A stretch of 38,638 bases of DNA, from positions 1 to 38,638 of the forward strand of contig JBKPAK010000062.1 in NCBI GenBank assembly GCA_046726415.1, given 5' to 3'. The DNA comes from Candidatus Methylomirabilota bacterium. GTDB taxonomy: Bacteria; Methylomirabilota; Methylomirabilia; Rokubacteriales; CSP1-6. Below, in pieces: positions 1-9,061 of the stretch. A model generated the notes under the pieces. It was given only the letters and a program-made list of their open reading frames with translations, had not been told where the DNA came from and searched no databases. How positions within the stretch are numbered: the first letter of the stretch is position 1; every line of letters begins with the position of its first letter. The position numbers and the translations under genes were made by a program.

Positions 1-47
1 CCACCCGTCAACACCGCCAGCACGCCAATGATCGCGCGTCGCTTCAT
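1..47 (-). CDS. 5' fragment of a probable exported protein (signal peptide MKRRAIIGVLAVLTG...), continues beyond the left edge
   Basis: Minus-strand ATG at 47 preceded by strong SD AAGGAGGAG (60-52); basic N-terminus followed by a hydrophobic stretch. Confidence 0.65.
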   Translation of the reverse strand, partial: MKRRAIIGVLAVLTG

Positions 48-195
48 AGAACTCCTCCTTCACTCGTGGTGACGGGCGCGCCGGCCCGTCTACTCCGCGA
101 GGATGAGAGGCCCCTGTAAAAGGCGTATGTGTCCGGGGTAAAGTTCTGTGAAGGGCCACCGGGGCGAGAGATTCGCAATCAAGGAGAGGGCTGCG

Positions 196-1032
196 ATGAC
201 GACGATAGGATTGCTGCATCCAGGTGAAATGGGAAGCTCCGTGGGCGCCGCCGGACGGGCCAACGGAGGGCGCGTACTGTGGACGTCCGAGGGGCGCAGC
301 GCCAGCACTCGCGCGCGCGCGGCCGCGGATGGTCTGGAAGACGCGGGCTCGCTGGCGGCCCTCGTGGCCGCCAGCGACGTGATCCTCACCGTGTGCCCGC
401 CCGACGCAGCGGCGGACCTGGCGCGCACCGTGAGCGCGCTGGGCTTCTCTGGCGTTTACGTCGATGGCAACGCCGTGTCACCGGCTACGGCCCGCGAGGT
501 CGGGTCCATCGTGGAAAAGACGGGTGCGACGTACGTGGACGGCGGCATCATCGGCCCGCCGGCTCGCACCCGCGGTACCACGCGGCTCTACCTGTCCGGC
601 CAGGCGGCGCTCCGCGTGGCGGCGCTCTTCGAGGGCGGTCCGCTCGAGCCCATCGTGGTCGACGGTGGGGCCGGTGCGGCTTCCGCGGTGAAGATGGCCT
701 ACGCGGCGTGGACGAAGGGCAGCTCCGCCCTCCTGCTCGCCGTCCGGGCCCTCGCCGCCGCGGAAGGTGCGGAGCCCGCATTGCTCGGCGAGTGGAAGCG
801 CTCCCAGCCCGACCTGCCGGCCCGCTCCGAGGCCGCGGCCAAGGGCAACTCGCGCAAAGCCTGGCGGTTCGTCGGGGAAATGGACGAAATCGCCGCCACG
901 TTTGCCGGCGCCGGTCTACCCGACGGCTTCCACCGCGCCGCGGGCGAGATCTACCGGCGCATGGAGGGCTACAAGGATGCGCCGCCGCCCTCGATCGAAG
1001 AGCTGGCCCGCGCCCTGTTGAAGCGCCGGTAG
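196..1032 (+). CDS. NAD(P)-dependent oxidoreductase, 6-phosphogluconate/3-hydroxyisobutyrate dehydrogenase-like (DUF1932-type C-terminus)
   Basis: IGLLHPGEMG Rossmann start, YVDGGIIGPP, ASAVKMAYAAWTKG, KAWRFVGEM; SD AAGGAG at 181-186 before ATG 196. Confidence 0.85.
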   Translation: MTTIGLLHPGEMGSSVGAAGRANGGRVLWTSEGRSASTRARAAADGLEDAGSLAALVAASDVILTVCPPDAAADLARTVSALGFSGVYVDGNAVSPATAREVGSIVEKTGATYVDGGIIGPPARTRGTTRLYLSGQAALRVAALFEGGPLEPIVVDGGAGAASAVKMAYAAWTKGSSALLLAVRALAAAEGAEPALLGEWKRSQPDLPARSEAAAKGNSRKAWRFVGEMDEIAATFAGAGLPDGFHRAAGEIYRRMEGYKDAPPPSIEELARALLKRR

Positions 1033-1180
1033 TTCTGCGCGGCACTCGGCGGGCCCGCCTCTTCCGCGAGCCAGGCGCTCGCCGTGTGCCTACGCGATTG
1101 AGATCTGACCCACGAGCCGAGGTGCCGAAATCGCTACCGCATTCGCATATGGCGTCGACCGGGAAGCGGCGGACGATCAA

Positions 1181-1197
1181 GGCTCACGGCGTGAGCC
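1181..1197. terminator. Small hairpin GGCTCAC-GGC-GTGAGCC between convergent genes, possible terminator or pause
   Basis: Perfect 7-bp inverted repeat 6 nt past the aminotransferase stop; only a short T tract. Confidence 0.3.
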
Positions 1198-1203
1198 ACC
1201 GGC

Positions 1204-2556
1204 CTAGGGCAGTAGGGCTTCCCGGGCGAGGCGGTCCAGCGAGCGGTCGAAGGCGTCGACCATGAAGTCGATGTCGGCGTCGGTCATGGCGCCGTTCAGC
1301 CAGGCGATCGCGGAGCCTCGGTTGTAGTCGACGCCGTGGAGCAGCATGGCGAGATGGAGCTGGCCGCCCAGCGCTCCCATACCGCGGTCGAGGCGCGCCT
1401 CGTCGAGCGTCCAGTCGTTCAGACCCAGCTCCTGGGCATCGGCGCCGACGAAGATCCGGACGAGGGACGACACCCCATACACGCAGCCCTTCACCTCGCG
1501 CGTCTTGAATACCTGGTTCATACCCGCCCGCAGCCGGTCGCCCAGGCGATTCAGCTCGCGCTGCACCTCACCCGTCTTGAGGATCTCCAGCGCCGCCACC
1601 CCGGCGGCGGCCACCAGCGGAGTGGCGCTGTACGTGCCCTGGTCGGCCACGCGCTCGGTCCGGTCGCGTTTGGCGTCACCCTTGAAAGTGATGCGATCGA
1701 GCAGGTCGGCGCGTCCCACCAGGGCGGCGCCCGGCAGGCCGCCGGCCACTGCCTTGGCGAGGCACGTCAGATCCGCCGTCACACCGTAGTACTCCTGGGC
1801 CCCGCCCGGGGCCATGCGAAAGCCCGTGACCACCTCGTCGAAGATGAGGATCACCCCGCGCTCGCGGGTCAGCTCGCGCAGGGCGCGGAGAAAGGCCGGG
1901 TTGGTGGGCGCGGTCATGGATCGGCCACCCGCAGGCTCCAGGATGACCGCCGCCGCCTGGTGGTGATCGAGCAGTTCGCGCACGTGGGCGAGGTCGTTGT
2001 GGCGCGCCACCAGGGTAGTCCGGAGCATTTCCGGGGGGACTCCGGCCGACATGGGGATTTCGAACGGCTCTTTCACCGCCGCCACCGCGCTGTCGTGGAC
2101 GCCGTGGAAGTGACCCCGGAACTTAACGATGGGAATCCGTCCCGTGTGGGCGCGGGCCACGCGGATAGCGAGGGCGGTGGTCTCGGTGCCGGTCATGGTG
2201 AAGCGGACTTTCTCAGCGCCCGGCACGCAGGCCCGGATCAGCTCGGCCCAGCGGAGCTCCAGCTCGTGGCAGGCGCTATAGTGAAGCCCGCGGTGGGCTT
2301 GCTCGGCAATGGCAGCCACGATGGCCGGATGGTTGTGGCCGAGCATCAGGGCGCCGTGACCGCTCCAGCCGTCGACGTACCGGTGGCCATCCGCGTCCCA
2401 TTTATAGGCTCGGTCGGCGCGTTCGACGTAGAACGGAAAGGGCGAGAAGACGCGCCCGTCGTGGGCGGCGCCGCTCGGCATGCTCACTACGGCCCGCTCG
2501 TACAGCGCGCGCGACCGCGCCCTGGTCTCCGTGTACTCGCGCTCGATCGACGTCAT
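1204..2556 (-). CDS. Class III PLP-dependent aminotransferase (glutamate-1-semialdehyde aminomutase-like)
   Basis: WDADGHRYVD, FDEVVTGFR, PLP lysine in CLAKAVAGG, GHFHG; DQGTYSATP differs from canonical HemL QAGTLSGNP. Confidence 0.88.
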   Translation of the reverse strand: MTSIEREYTETRARSRALYERAVVSMPSGAAHDGRVFSPFPFYVERADRAYKWDADGHRYVDGWSGHGALMLGHNHPAIVAAIAEQAHRGLHYSACHELELRWAELIRACVPGAEKVRFTMTGTETTALAIRVARAHTGRIPIVKFRGHFHGVHDSAVAAVKEPFEIPMSAGVPPEMLRTTLVARHNDLAHVRELLDHHQAAAVILEPAGGRSMTAPTNPAFLRALRELTRERGVILIFDEVVTGFRMAPGGAQEYYGVTADLTCLAKAVAGGLPGAALVGRADLLDRITFKGDAKRDRTERVADQGTYSATPLVAAAGVAALEILKTGEVQRELNRLGDRLRAGMNQVFKTREVKGCVYGVSSLVRIFVGADAQELGLNDWTLDEARLDRGMGALGGQLHLAMLLHGVDYNRGSAIAWLNGAMTDADIDFMVDAFDRSLDRLAREALLP

Positions 2557-2659
2557 GATTCAGTCTCCCCGGCCACGGCGTTCACGCCGCCGGCGCTGTG
2601 CTCGGCCCATGGTGAGGGGGCCCTTCTGGACGGACCAGGACGCCGTGTGTCGGTCCCGG

Positions 2660-4981
2660 TCACGGGGATTTCGCGGCACCGCGCGCTTGCCGGAGCAGCG
2701 CGAACAGGCGGACGGGCGTGACGGGCGCCTCGTGGATCGTCACGCCGAGGTCGGCCACGGCGTCTTCGATGGCATTGGCGATGGCGGCGGCGCCGGGAAT
2801 GGCACCGCTCTCCCCGACGCCCTTGATCCCGAGCTCATTGATGATGGAGCGGTGCTCCTCGAGCGCCACGGGAATCGCGGGGAGATCGTGAGCGCGCAAG
2901 ATCGCGTAATCCATCAGGCTTCCCGTCAAGATCTGGCCGTTCGAATCGTACACGATCTCTTCGAACAGCCCAGCTGCCAGACCCTGCACGGCGCCACCAT
3001 GGAGCTGGCCCTCCACGATGGCCGGATTGATGGCGCGCCCCGGGTCGTGCACGACCGCGTAGTGGAGGAGCTTGACGGCGCACGTCTCCGCGTCGACCTC
3101 GACCACCGCCGCTTGGGTGCCGAAGGCCCAGGTGACGGTCCCCGGGGAGAAGTATGTGCAGGCGTTGAGGCCGGGCTCGCCGCCCCCCTTTAGCAGCGAT
3201 TTCGCTTTGACGGCGACGTGGGCGAGCCTTCCGAGAGGAATCGATTTCGAGGGAACTCCCGCCACCTGCGCGACTCCGTTCTCGATTCGAACGTCCTCTG
3301 GCGCGCATTCCAGGAGATCGGCGGCCACTCGCGCAGCCTTGGCGCGCACTTCGCGCGCCGTGCGGGCCACTGCGGGGCCGGCGTTGGCGGCCACGCGGCT
3401 GCCGCCCGTGCCCATGCCGAAGGGGAAGAGCGCAGTGTCGCCCGCCACGACGGTGACGTCCTCGAGCAGGGCTCCCAGCTCGCTGGCCGCAATCTGCGCG
3501 AGGGTCGTCGCGTGGCCCTGACCCTGTGCGGCCACGCCGATATTGACGTAGACCTTGCCGCCCGGATCGACTCGCACGTTGGCGCCCTCGTATGGCCCAA
3601 GGCCGGAGCCCTGCAGATAGCAGGCGACCCCGATCCCAAGGCGCCGTGTGGCGTCGCCCTGCTGGGCCTGCCGGGCCCGCCACTCCTTGTAGCCGAGCAA
3701 GCTCAGCGCGCGCTCGAAGGCGGCCGGGAAGTCGCCGGGGTCGTACTGTATCTCGACGCCGTCTTTGTAGGTCAGCCCCGGTCGGTACGGCATCTCCTCG
3801 GGGCGGATGAGGTTGCGGCGCCGGATTTCGGCCGGGTCGATGCCGAGCCGGCGCGCGCCCACGTCGAGCGCGCGCTCCATCACGAATGCCGCCTCCGGCC
3901 GCCCGGCGGCGCGATAGGCGGCGTTGGGCGTGGTGGTGGTCACCACGCTGGTGCCCACCCCCCGATAGTGGGCCACCCGGTAGGCCGCACAGAGATGGTT
4001 GACGGTATTGGCGGTGAGCCCATCGCCTTGCGTGGGATAGGCGCCGACGTCGGCGAGGAAACTCTCGTCGATGGCGGCGATGACGCCGTCGCGTCGGAAT
4101 CCCACGCGGATCTCGTGATGCTGGTCACGATCGTGGCCGGTCGCCATGAGATGCTCGCGGCGCGACTCCACCCACTTCACGGGACGGCCGAGGCGGCGGG
4201 CGGCCGCGGCGGTGACGATCTCCTCGACGTAGATCGACCCCTTGGGCCCGAAGCCGCCACCGACGTCGGGCAACCGCACGCGAACCTCCTCGCTCGGCAG
4301 CCCCAGCACGACGGCGATGGCGTCGCGCAGGCTGTACAGGTTCTGGTGGGAGGCGTACACCACGAGCGTGCCCGACTCGGGATCGGGGTAGGCGAGCGCG
4401 CCGCGGGTTTCGAGACTCACGCACGACAGACGCGGATGGCGGAAGCGCTCGTGGACGACCACGTCCGCCCCGGCCATGGCCTGCTCGACGTCGCCGAAGG
4501 CTCCTCGAGTGGCCAGGGCGATGTTGTCGGGCCAGCCCTCGTGCACGCGCGCGGTGGAGGCCATCGCGGCCTGCGGTGTCACCAGCGCGGGCAACGGCTC
4601 GTAGTCCACGGAGACTCGCTCGACCGCGTCGGCCAGTCGGGCGGGATCGTCCGCGATCACCACGGCCACCGCCTCCCCGACGTAGCGGACGACTCCGCGC
4701 GCCAGGATCTGCTGGGTGAACGGACGGCCTTTGTGGGAGCCGCCATACACGGCGGGAATGGCGGGGGCGACGTCCGTCAAGTCCGCGCCCGTCCACACCG
4801 CGACGACGCCCGGTGCAGCCAACGCCGCGTCCCTGGTGACACCCGCGATGCGCGCGTGAGCCTCGCGGCTCCGAACCACGCCCAAGTGCAGCAGGCCGGG
4901 GCGCGCGAGGTCGTCGATGAAACGGCCGGCGCCAACGAGGAGGCGGCGGTCTTCCTTGCGAAGCGGCGAGGTCCCGATCAC
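2660..4981 (-). CDS. Xanthine dehydrogenase/CoxL-CutL family molybdopterin-binding large subunit
   Basis: IGTSPLRKEDRRLL N-terminus, DVGGGFGPK, AYRAAGR loop, QGQGHAT, GTGGSR, EGQLHGG, KGVGESG; GTG start at 4981 with TACGCT -10 seven nt upstream. Confidence 0.92.
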   Translation of the reverse strand: MIGTSPLRKEDRRLLVGAGRFIDDLARPGLLHLGVVRSREAHARIAGVTRDAALAAPGVVAVWTGADLTDVAPAIPAVYGGSHKGRPFTQQILARGVVRYVGEAVAVVIADDPARLADAVERVSVDYEPLPALVTPQAAMASTARVHEGWPDNIALATRGAFGDVEQAMAGADVVVHERFRHPRLSCVSLETRGALAYPDPESGTLVVYASHQNLYSLRDAIAVVLGLPSEEVRVRLPDVGGGFGPKGSIYVEEIVTAAAARRLGRPVKWVESRREHLMATGHDRDQHHEIRVGFRRDGVIAAIDESFLADVGAYPTQGDGLTANTVNHLCAAYRVAHYRGVGTSVVTTTTPNAAYRAAGRPEAAFVMERALDVGARRLGIDPAEIRRRNLIRPEEMPYRPGLTYKDGVEIQYDPGDFPAAFERALSLLGYKEWRARQAQQGDATRRLGIGVACYLQGSGLGPYEGANVRVDPGGKVYVNIGVAAQGQGHATTLAQIAASELGALLEDVTVVAGDTALFPFGMGTGGSRVAANAGPAVARTAREVRAKAARVAADLLECAPEDVRIENGVAQVAGVPSKSIPLGRLAHVAVKAKSLLKGGGEPGLNACTYFSPGTVTWAFGTQAAVVEVDAETCAVKLLHYAVVHDPGRAINPAIVEGQLHGGAVQGLAAGLFEEIVYDSNGQILTGSLMDYAILRAHDLPAIPVALEEHRSIINELGIKGVGESGAIPGAAAIANAIEDAVADLGVTIHEAPVTPVRLFALLRQARGAAKSP

Positions 4982-5044
4982 CGATCCAAGCGTATCGCGT
5001 TTCGCGCCTTCAGAGGAGGTAGTATTCGTGGTGGTGAGCTGACG

Positions 5045-6232
5045 ATGGACTTCGCGTTCTCCGCGGACGAGCTGGCCTTCGCCGAAGAGGTGCGCGTGTT
5101 CCTTCGCCGCCACCCTCTCGATTCGTTCCCGATCGACGGCATGGACGCGGGCTATGGCTCGGGCGCCCATTCGCACGCCTTCATGCGCGCGGTGGCCGAC
5201 GAGGGGTGGCTCACCATGAGCTGGCCGCGCGCCTTCGGCGGTCAGGAGCGCCCCATGACGCTCAAGCTCATCCTGCTGGAGGAACTGGCCCTGGCCGGCG
5301 CGCCCTTCGGTCCACTGGCCGGCTGCGATCAGACGGCAGACAGCATCATCCGCTACGGCTCCGCCCGGCTCCGGGAGGAGATCTTGCCGCGCATCGGGCG
5401 GGGCGAACTGACCTTCTGGCAGGGCTTCAGCGAGCCCAACGCGGGGTCGGATCTGCTCTCGCTGAAGACGGAGGCGCGGCGGGACGGCGACCATTATGTG
5501 ATCAGCGGCCACAAGATCTGGTCGAGCCACGCGGGAATCGCGGACTACGGGCTCGTCCTGGCGCGGACGAGCCGCGAGGCGCGGCGTTCGCGCGGGCTGA
5601 GTATGTTCGTCGTCGCCAACACCGCACCCGGCATGGACATTCGCCCCATCAAGAACCTGACGGGCGGGATCTATCACTACGAGGTCTTCCTGGACGATGT
5701 GCGGGTGCCGAACGACCTGTTGCTGGGGCGGGAGGGCGAGGGCTTCGTGCAGCTCCTGAAGGGGCTCGACACCGACCGCTTCTGGGGGCGCTTCTACAAG
5801 GCCCCGGCGCTCCGACGCCTCCTCGGCAAGCTCGTAGACTACGCGAACAGCACCGCCCGCGGGGGCGCGCTCCTCGCGCGCGATCCGAGCGTACGCCGGT
5901 CGCTGGCTGGCCTCGCCGCGGAGATCGAGGCCTTGCGCCTCCTCTTCTATCGCATCGGCTGGTTGCTGGAACGCGGCGAGCTCGCCGGGTATGAGGCGGC
6001 ACTCGTCAAGGTCATGGCCGACGAGCTGGGCCAGAAGGTCGCGGCGTTCGGGCTCGATCTGCTCGGCGCCCATGGGCCTCTCCGGCCTGAGTCGCCGTGG
6101 GCACCGCTGCACGGCGAGATCCAGCACGCCTACCTCACCAGTCTCGGCCACACCATCGCCGGCGGGACGTCTGAAATCCTGCGCACCACGGTGGCCACCC
6201 GCGGGCTCGGGCTTCCGAGCGAGCGAGGCTAA
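5045..6232 (+). CDS. Acyl-CoA dehydrogenase family protein (alpha-type subunit of a heteromeric ACAD pair)
   Basis: MDFAFS start, FWQGFSEPNAGSDL, GHKIWSS, EVFLDDVRVP, TIAGGTSEI. Confidence 0.92.
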   Translation: MDFAFSADELAFAEEVRVFLRRHPLDSFPIDGMDAGYGSGAHSHAFMRAVADEGWLTMSWPRAFGGQERPMTLKLILLEELALAGAPFGPLAGCDQTADSIIRYGSARLREEILPRIGRGELTFWQGFSEPNAGSDLLSLKTEARRDGDHYVISGHKIWSSHAGIADYGLVLARTSREARRSRGLSMFVVANTAPGMDIRPIKNLTGGIYHYEVFLDDVRVPNDLLLGREGEGFVQLLKGLDTDRFWGRFYKAPALRRLLGKLVDYANSTARGGALLARDPSVRRSLAGLAAEIEALRLLFYRIGWLLERGELAGYEAALVKVMADELGQKVAAFGLDLLGAHGPLRPESPWAPLHGEIQHAYLTSLGHTIAGGTSEILRTTVATRGLGLPSERG

Positions 6233-6236
6233 GGGC

Positions 6237-7340
6237 GTGGACTTCCGCCCCTCGGAGAGCCAACAGCTTCTCGCCACCACCGCGCGCGACTTCTTGCGCA
6301 AACACTGCCCGCCGGAGCGGCTCGACGGGCTGGCCGATGACGCGCGCCAGGCGCGCGATCTGTGGCGCGCCATGGCCGAGTTGGGCTGGACTGGCCTCCT
6401 GATCCCAGAAGAGCTGGGCGGCAGCGGCGGCACGCTTCTCGACGTGATCCTGCTGGTGGAAGAGATGGGACGCGTGTGCCTGCCAGGGCCGTTCATCGAC
6501 AGCGCCGTCGTCGCGACATTCATCCTGACGACGGCGGGGAGCTCGGCCCAGCGCCGCCGTCTCCTCCCTGCCCTGGCGCGCGGGGAGCGCGTGTGCGCCC
6601 TGGCCCTGCTCGAGGAAAGCGGGGAACTGGCACCCGAGGCCATGGCCCTGCGCCTGGAGGGCGGCCGCCTGACTGGTCGCAAGCTCTTCGTGCGGGACGC
6701 CGACCGCGCCGACGACGTGCTCGTCGCTGGGCGCAGTGACCTTGGTCTCAGCCTCGTGCTGATCGAGCGCGCCCGGGTGGGCATCGAGATGAGGCCCACG
6801 CCGTGGATGGCCGACGAGCGGATCTTCGAGATCGCGTTTTCGCGCGTGGAGGTTGGCGCCGGGGACATCGTGGGCGGGCACGGAGAGGGAGACGGCGCGC
6901 TCGCGCCCGCGCTGCGTCTCGGTGCGCTGGCCCGGAGCGCGGAGATGGTCGGTTGCGCCCAGCGCATCCTCGAGATGACGGTGGAGTACGCGAAGTCGCG
7001 CGTGCAGTCGGGGCGCCCCATCGGCGCCTTCCAGGCCATCCAGCACGCGTGCGCCGATCTCCTGCGCGGTGTGGAGAGCGCACGGCCTCTCGTCCATCAC
7101 GCGGCGTGGAAGGCGCAGCAGGAGCTCGAGAGCTCGGCCGTCGTGGCCATGGCCAAGGGCTACGCGGCAGAGGCGTGTCTCGCCGTGGCCCGCAAGGCCC
7201 ACCAGATCTTCGGGGCCATCGGCTACTGCGACGAGCACCCCCTGCACCACTTCCACAAGCGCATCGTCGCCGCCCGTCTCGCCTTCGGCGATCCAGCCCA
7301 CCACCAGGAGATCGTCGCCCGCGCCATCGGCCTGCGGTAG
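6237..7340 (+). CDS. Acyl-CoA dehydrogenase family protein (beta-type partner subunit)
   Basis: GTG start 4 nt after the upstream stop; MAELGWTGLLIPEELGG, RVQSGRPIGAFQAIQH, HQIFGAIGY. Confidence 0.9.
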   Translation: MDFRPSESQQLLATTARDFLRKHCPPERLDGLADDARQARDLWRAMAELGWTGLLIPEELGGSGGTLLDVILLVEEMGRVCLPGPFIDSAVVATFILTTAGSSAQRRRLLPALARGERVCALALLEESGELAPEAMALRLEGGRLTGRKLFVRDADRADDVLVAGRSDLGLSLVLIERARVGIEMRPTPWMADERIFEIAFSRVEVGAGDIVGGHGEGDGALAPALRLGALARSAEMVGCAQRILEMTVEYAKSRVQSGRPIGAFQAIQHACADLLRGVESARPLVHHAAWKAQQELESSAVVAMAKGYAAEACLAVARKAHQIFGAIGYCDEHPLHHFHKRIVAARLAFGDPAHHQEIVARAIGLR

Positions 7341-7428
7341 CGGGCCTCATCGCCGACACCCATCGCGACGATGTGGAGCGAGGGCTCGGTCGGGGAACAC
7401 CCGCCAGGGTCGAATTCGACGCCGGAGC

Positions 7429-7818
7429 TCAGCCCTGGCGATTCTTGAAGTACGACGACTTGAGCGCGATCTTGCCGTTCTTGAACGTGAAGAGGTCACA
7501 GCCCAGGACTTCGACGCGCTTGCCGTCCGCCCCGGTGCCGGTGAACGTCCACTCCGAGCAGCCCCGGTCCCCGGCCACGAAGTGGCGGGCATTGCCAAAG
7601 TGCGCATCGGGGAAGATGGCGAACACTCGGGCGAACGCCGTTCGCACCGCGTCTCTCCCCTCAAAGCGCTTGCCGCAGATTTCCGAACCGGCCGTCGTCT
7701 CGAAGGCGCAGTCGTCGGCCATGAAGGTCATCAGACCGTCCACGTCGTGGCGATTCCATCCTTGTCCAAATGCGTCGAGGAATTCCACGGTGACGTCGGT
7801 GCTGACGGCAGTGGTCAT
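7429..7818 (-). CDS. NTF2-like / SnoaL-like domain protein
   Basis: 129 aa; WNRHDVDGLM, SEWTFTGT, GCDLFTFKNGKI; GGAGG SD upstream. Confidence 0.85.
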   Translation of the reverse strand: MTTAVSTDVTVEFLDAFGQGWNRHDVDGLMTFMADDCAFETTAGSEICGKRFEGRDAVRTAFARVFAIFPDAHFGNARHFVAGDRGCSEWTFTGTGADGKRVEVLGCDLFTFKNGKIALKSSYFKNRQG

Positions 7819-7848
7819 GCGTTGCCCTCCTGCAGGGGATTGCCGAGC

Positions 7849-7877
7849 ATCGTAGGTCGTCCGGGCGGTTGTCGCAA
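7849..7877 (-). promoter_or_regulatory. Sigma70-type promoter TTGCGA-N17-TACGAT for the NTF2-like gene
   Basis: -35 at 7877-7872, -10 at 7854-7849, 17-nt spacer. Confidence 0.5.
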
Positions 7878-8007
7878 GAGGTGCACGCGTCAACAAGTCG
7901 CGACGCGCCGCCGGAGAATGCCCTCGACGCTGAGTTGCGCGGCAATGGCGCGCGCGGTGCCTTGGCGTCGCCTTCGACCGACCGCAGGGTCTCTCCGTCG
8001 TCGGCCT

Positions 8008-8964
8008 TTAGACGGAGATCCCCCACAGTATTCTGGTGAGCGTGCCGATCACGTAGGTCACGCCCACCGCCGCCGCGATGATGACCAGGTTCATGACGAT
8101 GCGCCGCTTGACCGCCATGCCCGAGAGAAAGGCCAGCAGGGTGGACACGACCACGATCACCGCGCCCGCCGCGAGCAGCGAGGGCCAGGCGCTCTGAGCG
8201 CCGAGGAGCACCGGGAGCACGGGCACCACCGCGCCGGCGAAGTAGCTCGCGCCCACCACGGCCGCGGACGTCAGCGCGGATTCGCTCGCCGCGGGCTCGC
8301 GTTCCTCCTCGCCCAGAAAGCGCCGGCGCCCGCTCTCGGTGGCGCGGACCTCGTCCTCGGAGCTGGACGCCACGTAGGCGCCGGCGGCCATAGAGAGGGC
8401 GCCCGAGGCGGCGACGGTGACGCCGGCGATCAACACGGTCGGGGCACTGCCGAACGCCGCGAAGAAGCCGCTGACCGCGCCCAGGATCTCCACCAGCCCG
8501 TCGTTGAGGCCCAGGAAGATGTTTCGGATCCGCTCGGGGCTGATCCGCCGCTCCGCGTCTCCGGTGACCAGCGCGTCCTCGTGCTTGAACTCATCCTCCA
8601 GCACCCCGCGCACGGCGGGCCCGAGGGGGCCAGATCCATAGGTGTCCCAGATGCGAAGATACTTGCGCACCCCGTAGACCTCGATGCCCTCGAGGACGAT
8701 GTGGATGGCGGGCGCGCCGAGCAGGCGGCAGGCGGCCAGGATGACGGCGAGCTTCAGGCGGCGGCCGAGATCCAGCGTCTCCAGGCTGATTCCGAAGAAG
8801 TCCTGCCAGAACGCGAGATGGCGCGCCTCCACGGGGATCAGCTGATCGAGAATCTCGCGGAGTCCGCCGGGGGCGATCCAGCGCAGCTCGCGATAGAGCG
8901 AGAGATCGAACAGCTCGTCGAGGACGAGCTGCCTGCCGAGTCTGGCCTCCGCCCCTCCCCGCAT
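8008..8964 (-). CDS. VIT1/CCC1 transporter with N-terminal ferritin/rubrerythrin-like domain
   Basis: N-terminal DELFD...EARH...EDEFKHE carboxylate/His motifs; VIT1 signatures IFLGLNDGLVE and GALSMAAGAY; hydrophobic C-terminal helices. Confidence 0.88.
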   Translation of the reverse strand: MRGGAEARLGRQLVLDELFDLSLYRELRWIAPGGLREILDQLIPVEARHLAFWQDFFGISLETLDLGRRLKLAVILAACRLLGAPAIHIVLEGIEVYGVRKYLRIWDTYGSGPLGPAVRGVLEDEFKHEDALVTGDAERRISPERIRNIFLGLNDGLVEILGAVSGFFAAFGSAPTVLIAGVTVAASGALSMAAGAYVASSSEDEVRATESGRRRFLGEEEREPAASESALTSAAVVGASYFAGAVVPVLPVLLGAQSAWPSLLAAGAVIVVVSTLLAFLSGMAVKRRIVMNLVIIAAAVGVTYVIGTLTRILWGISV

Positions 8965-9061
8965 AGCCCCAGCTTGCCCCCTCCCGCTCCCCTCGTCTAC
9001 CTTACGGTGAGCCGTTCTCAACCGCGGAGAGCCGGTCCGCGATGGGCGGCGGAGGCGCGCG

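Noticed and set aside
1204-2556. hemL assignment
   Set aside because: Diverges at HemL-typical motifs and has no tetrapyrrole gene context; more likely a catabolic paralogue
2660-4981. Bona fide form I aerobic CO dehydrogenase (coxL)
   Set aside because: Lacks the AYxCSFR copper-ligand loop and has no coxM, coxS or accessory genes
3218-6232. 1004-aa extended acyl-CoA dehydrogenase
   Set aside because: The upstream part is antisense to the XDH-like gene; the real start is MDFAFS at 5045
2660-7039. 1459-aa giant molybdoenzyme fusion ORF
   Set aside because: The N-terminal ~690 aa are the antisense shadow of the two ACAD genes; family similarity starts at GTG 4981
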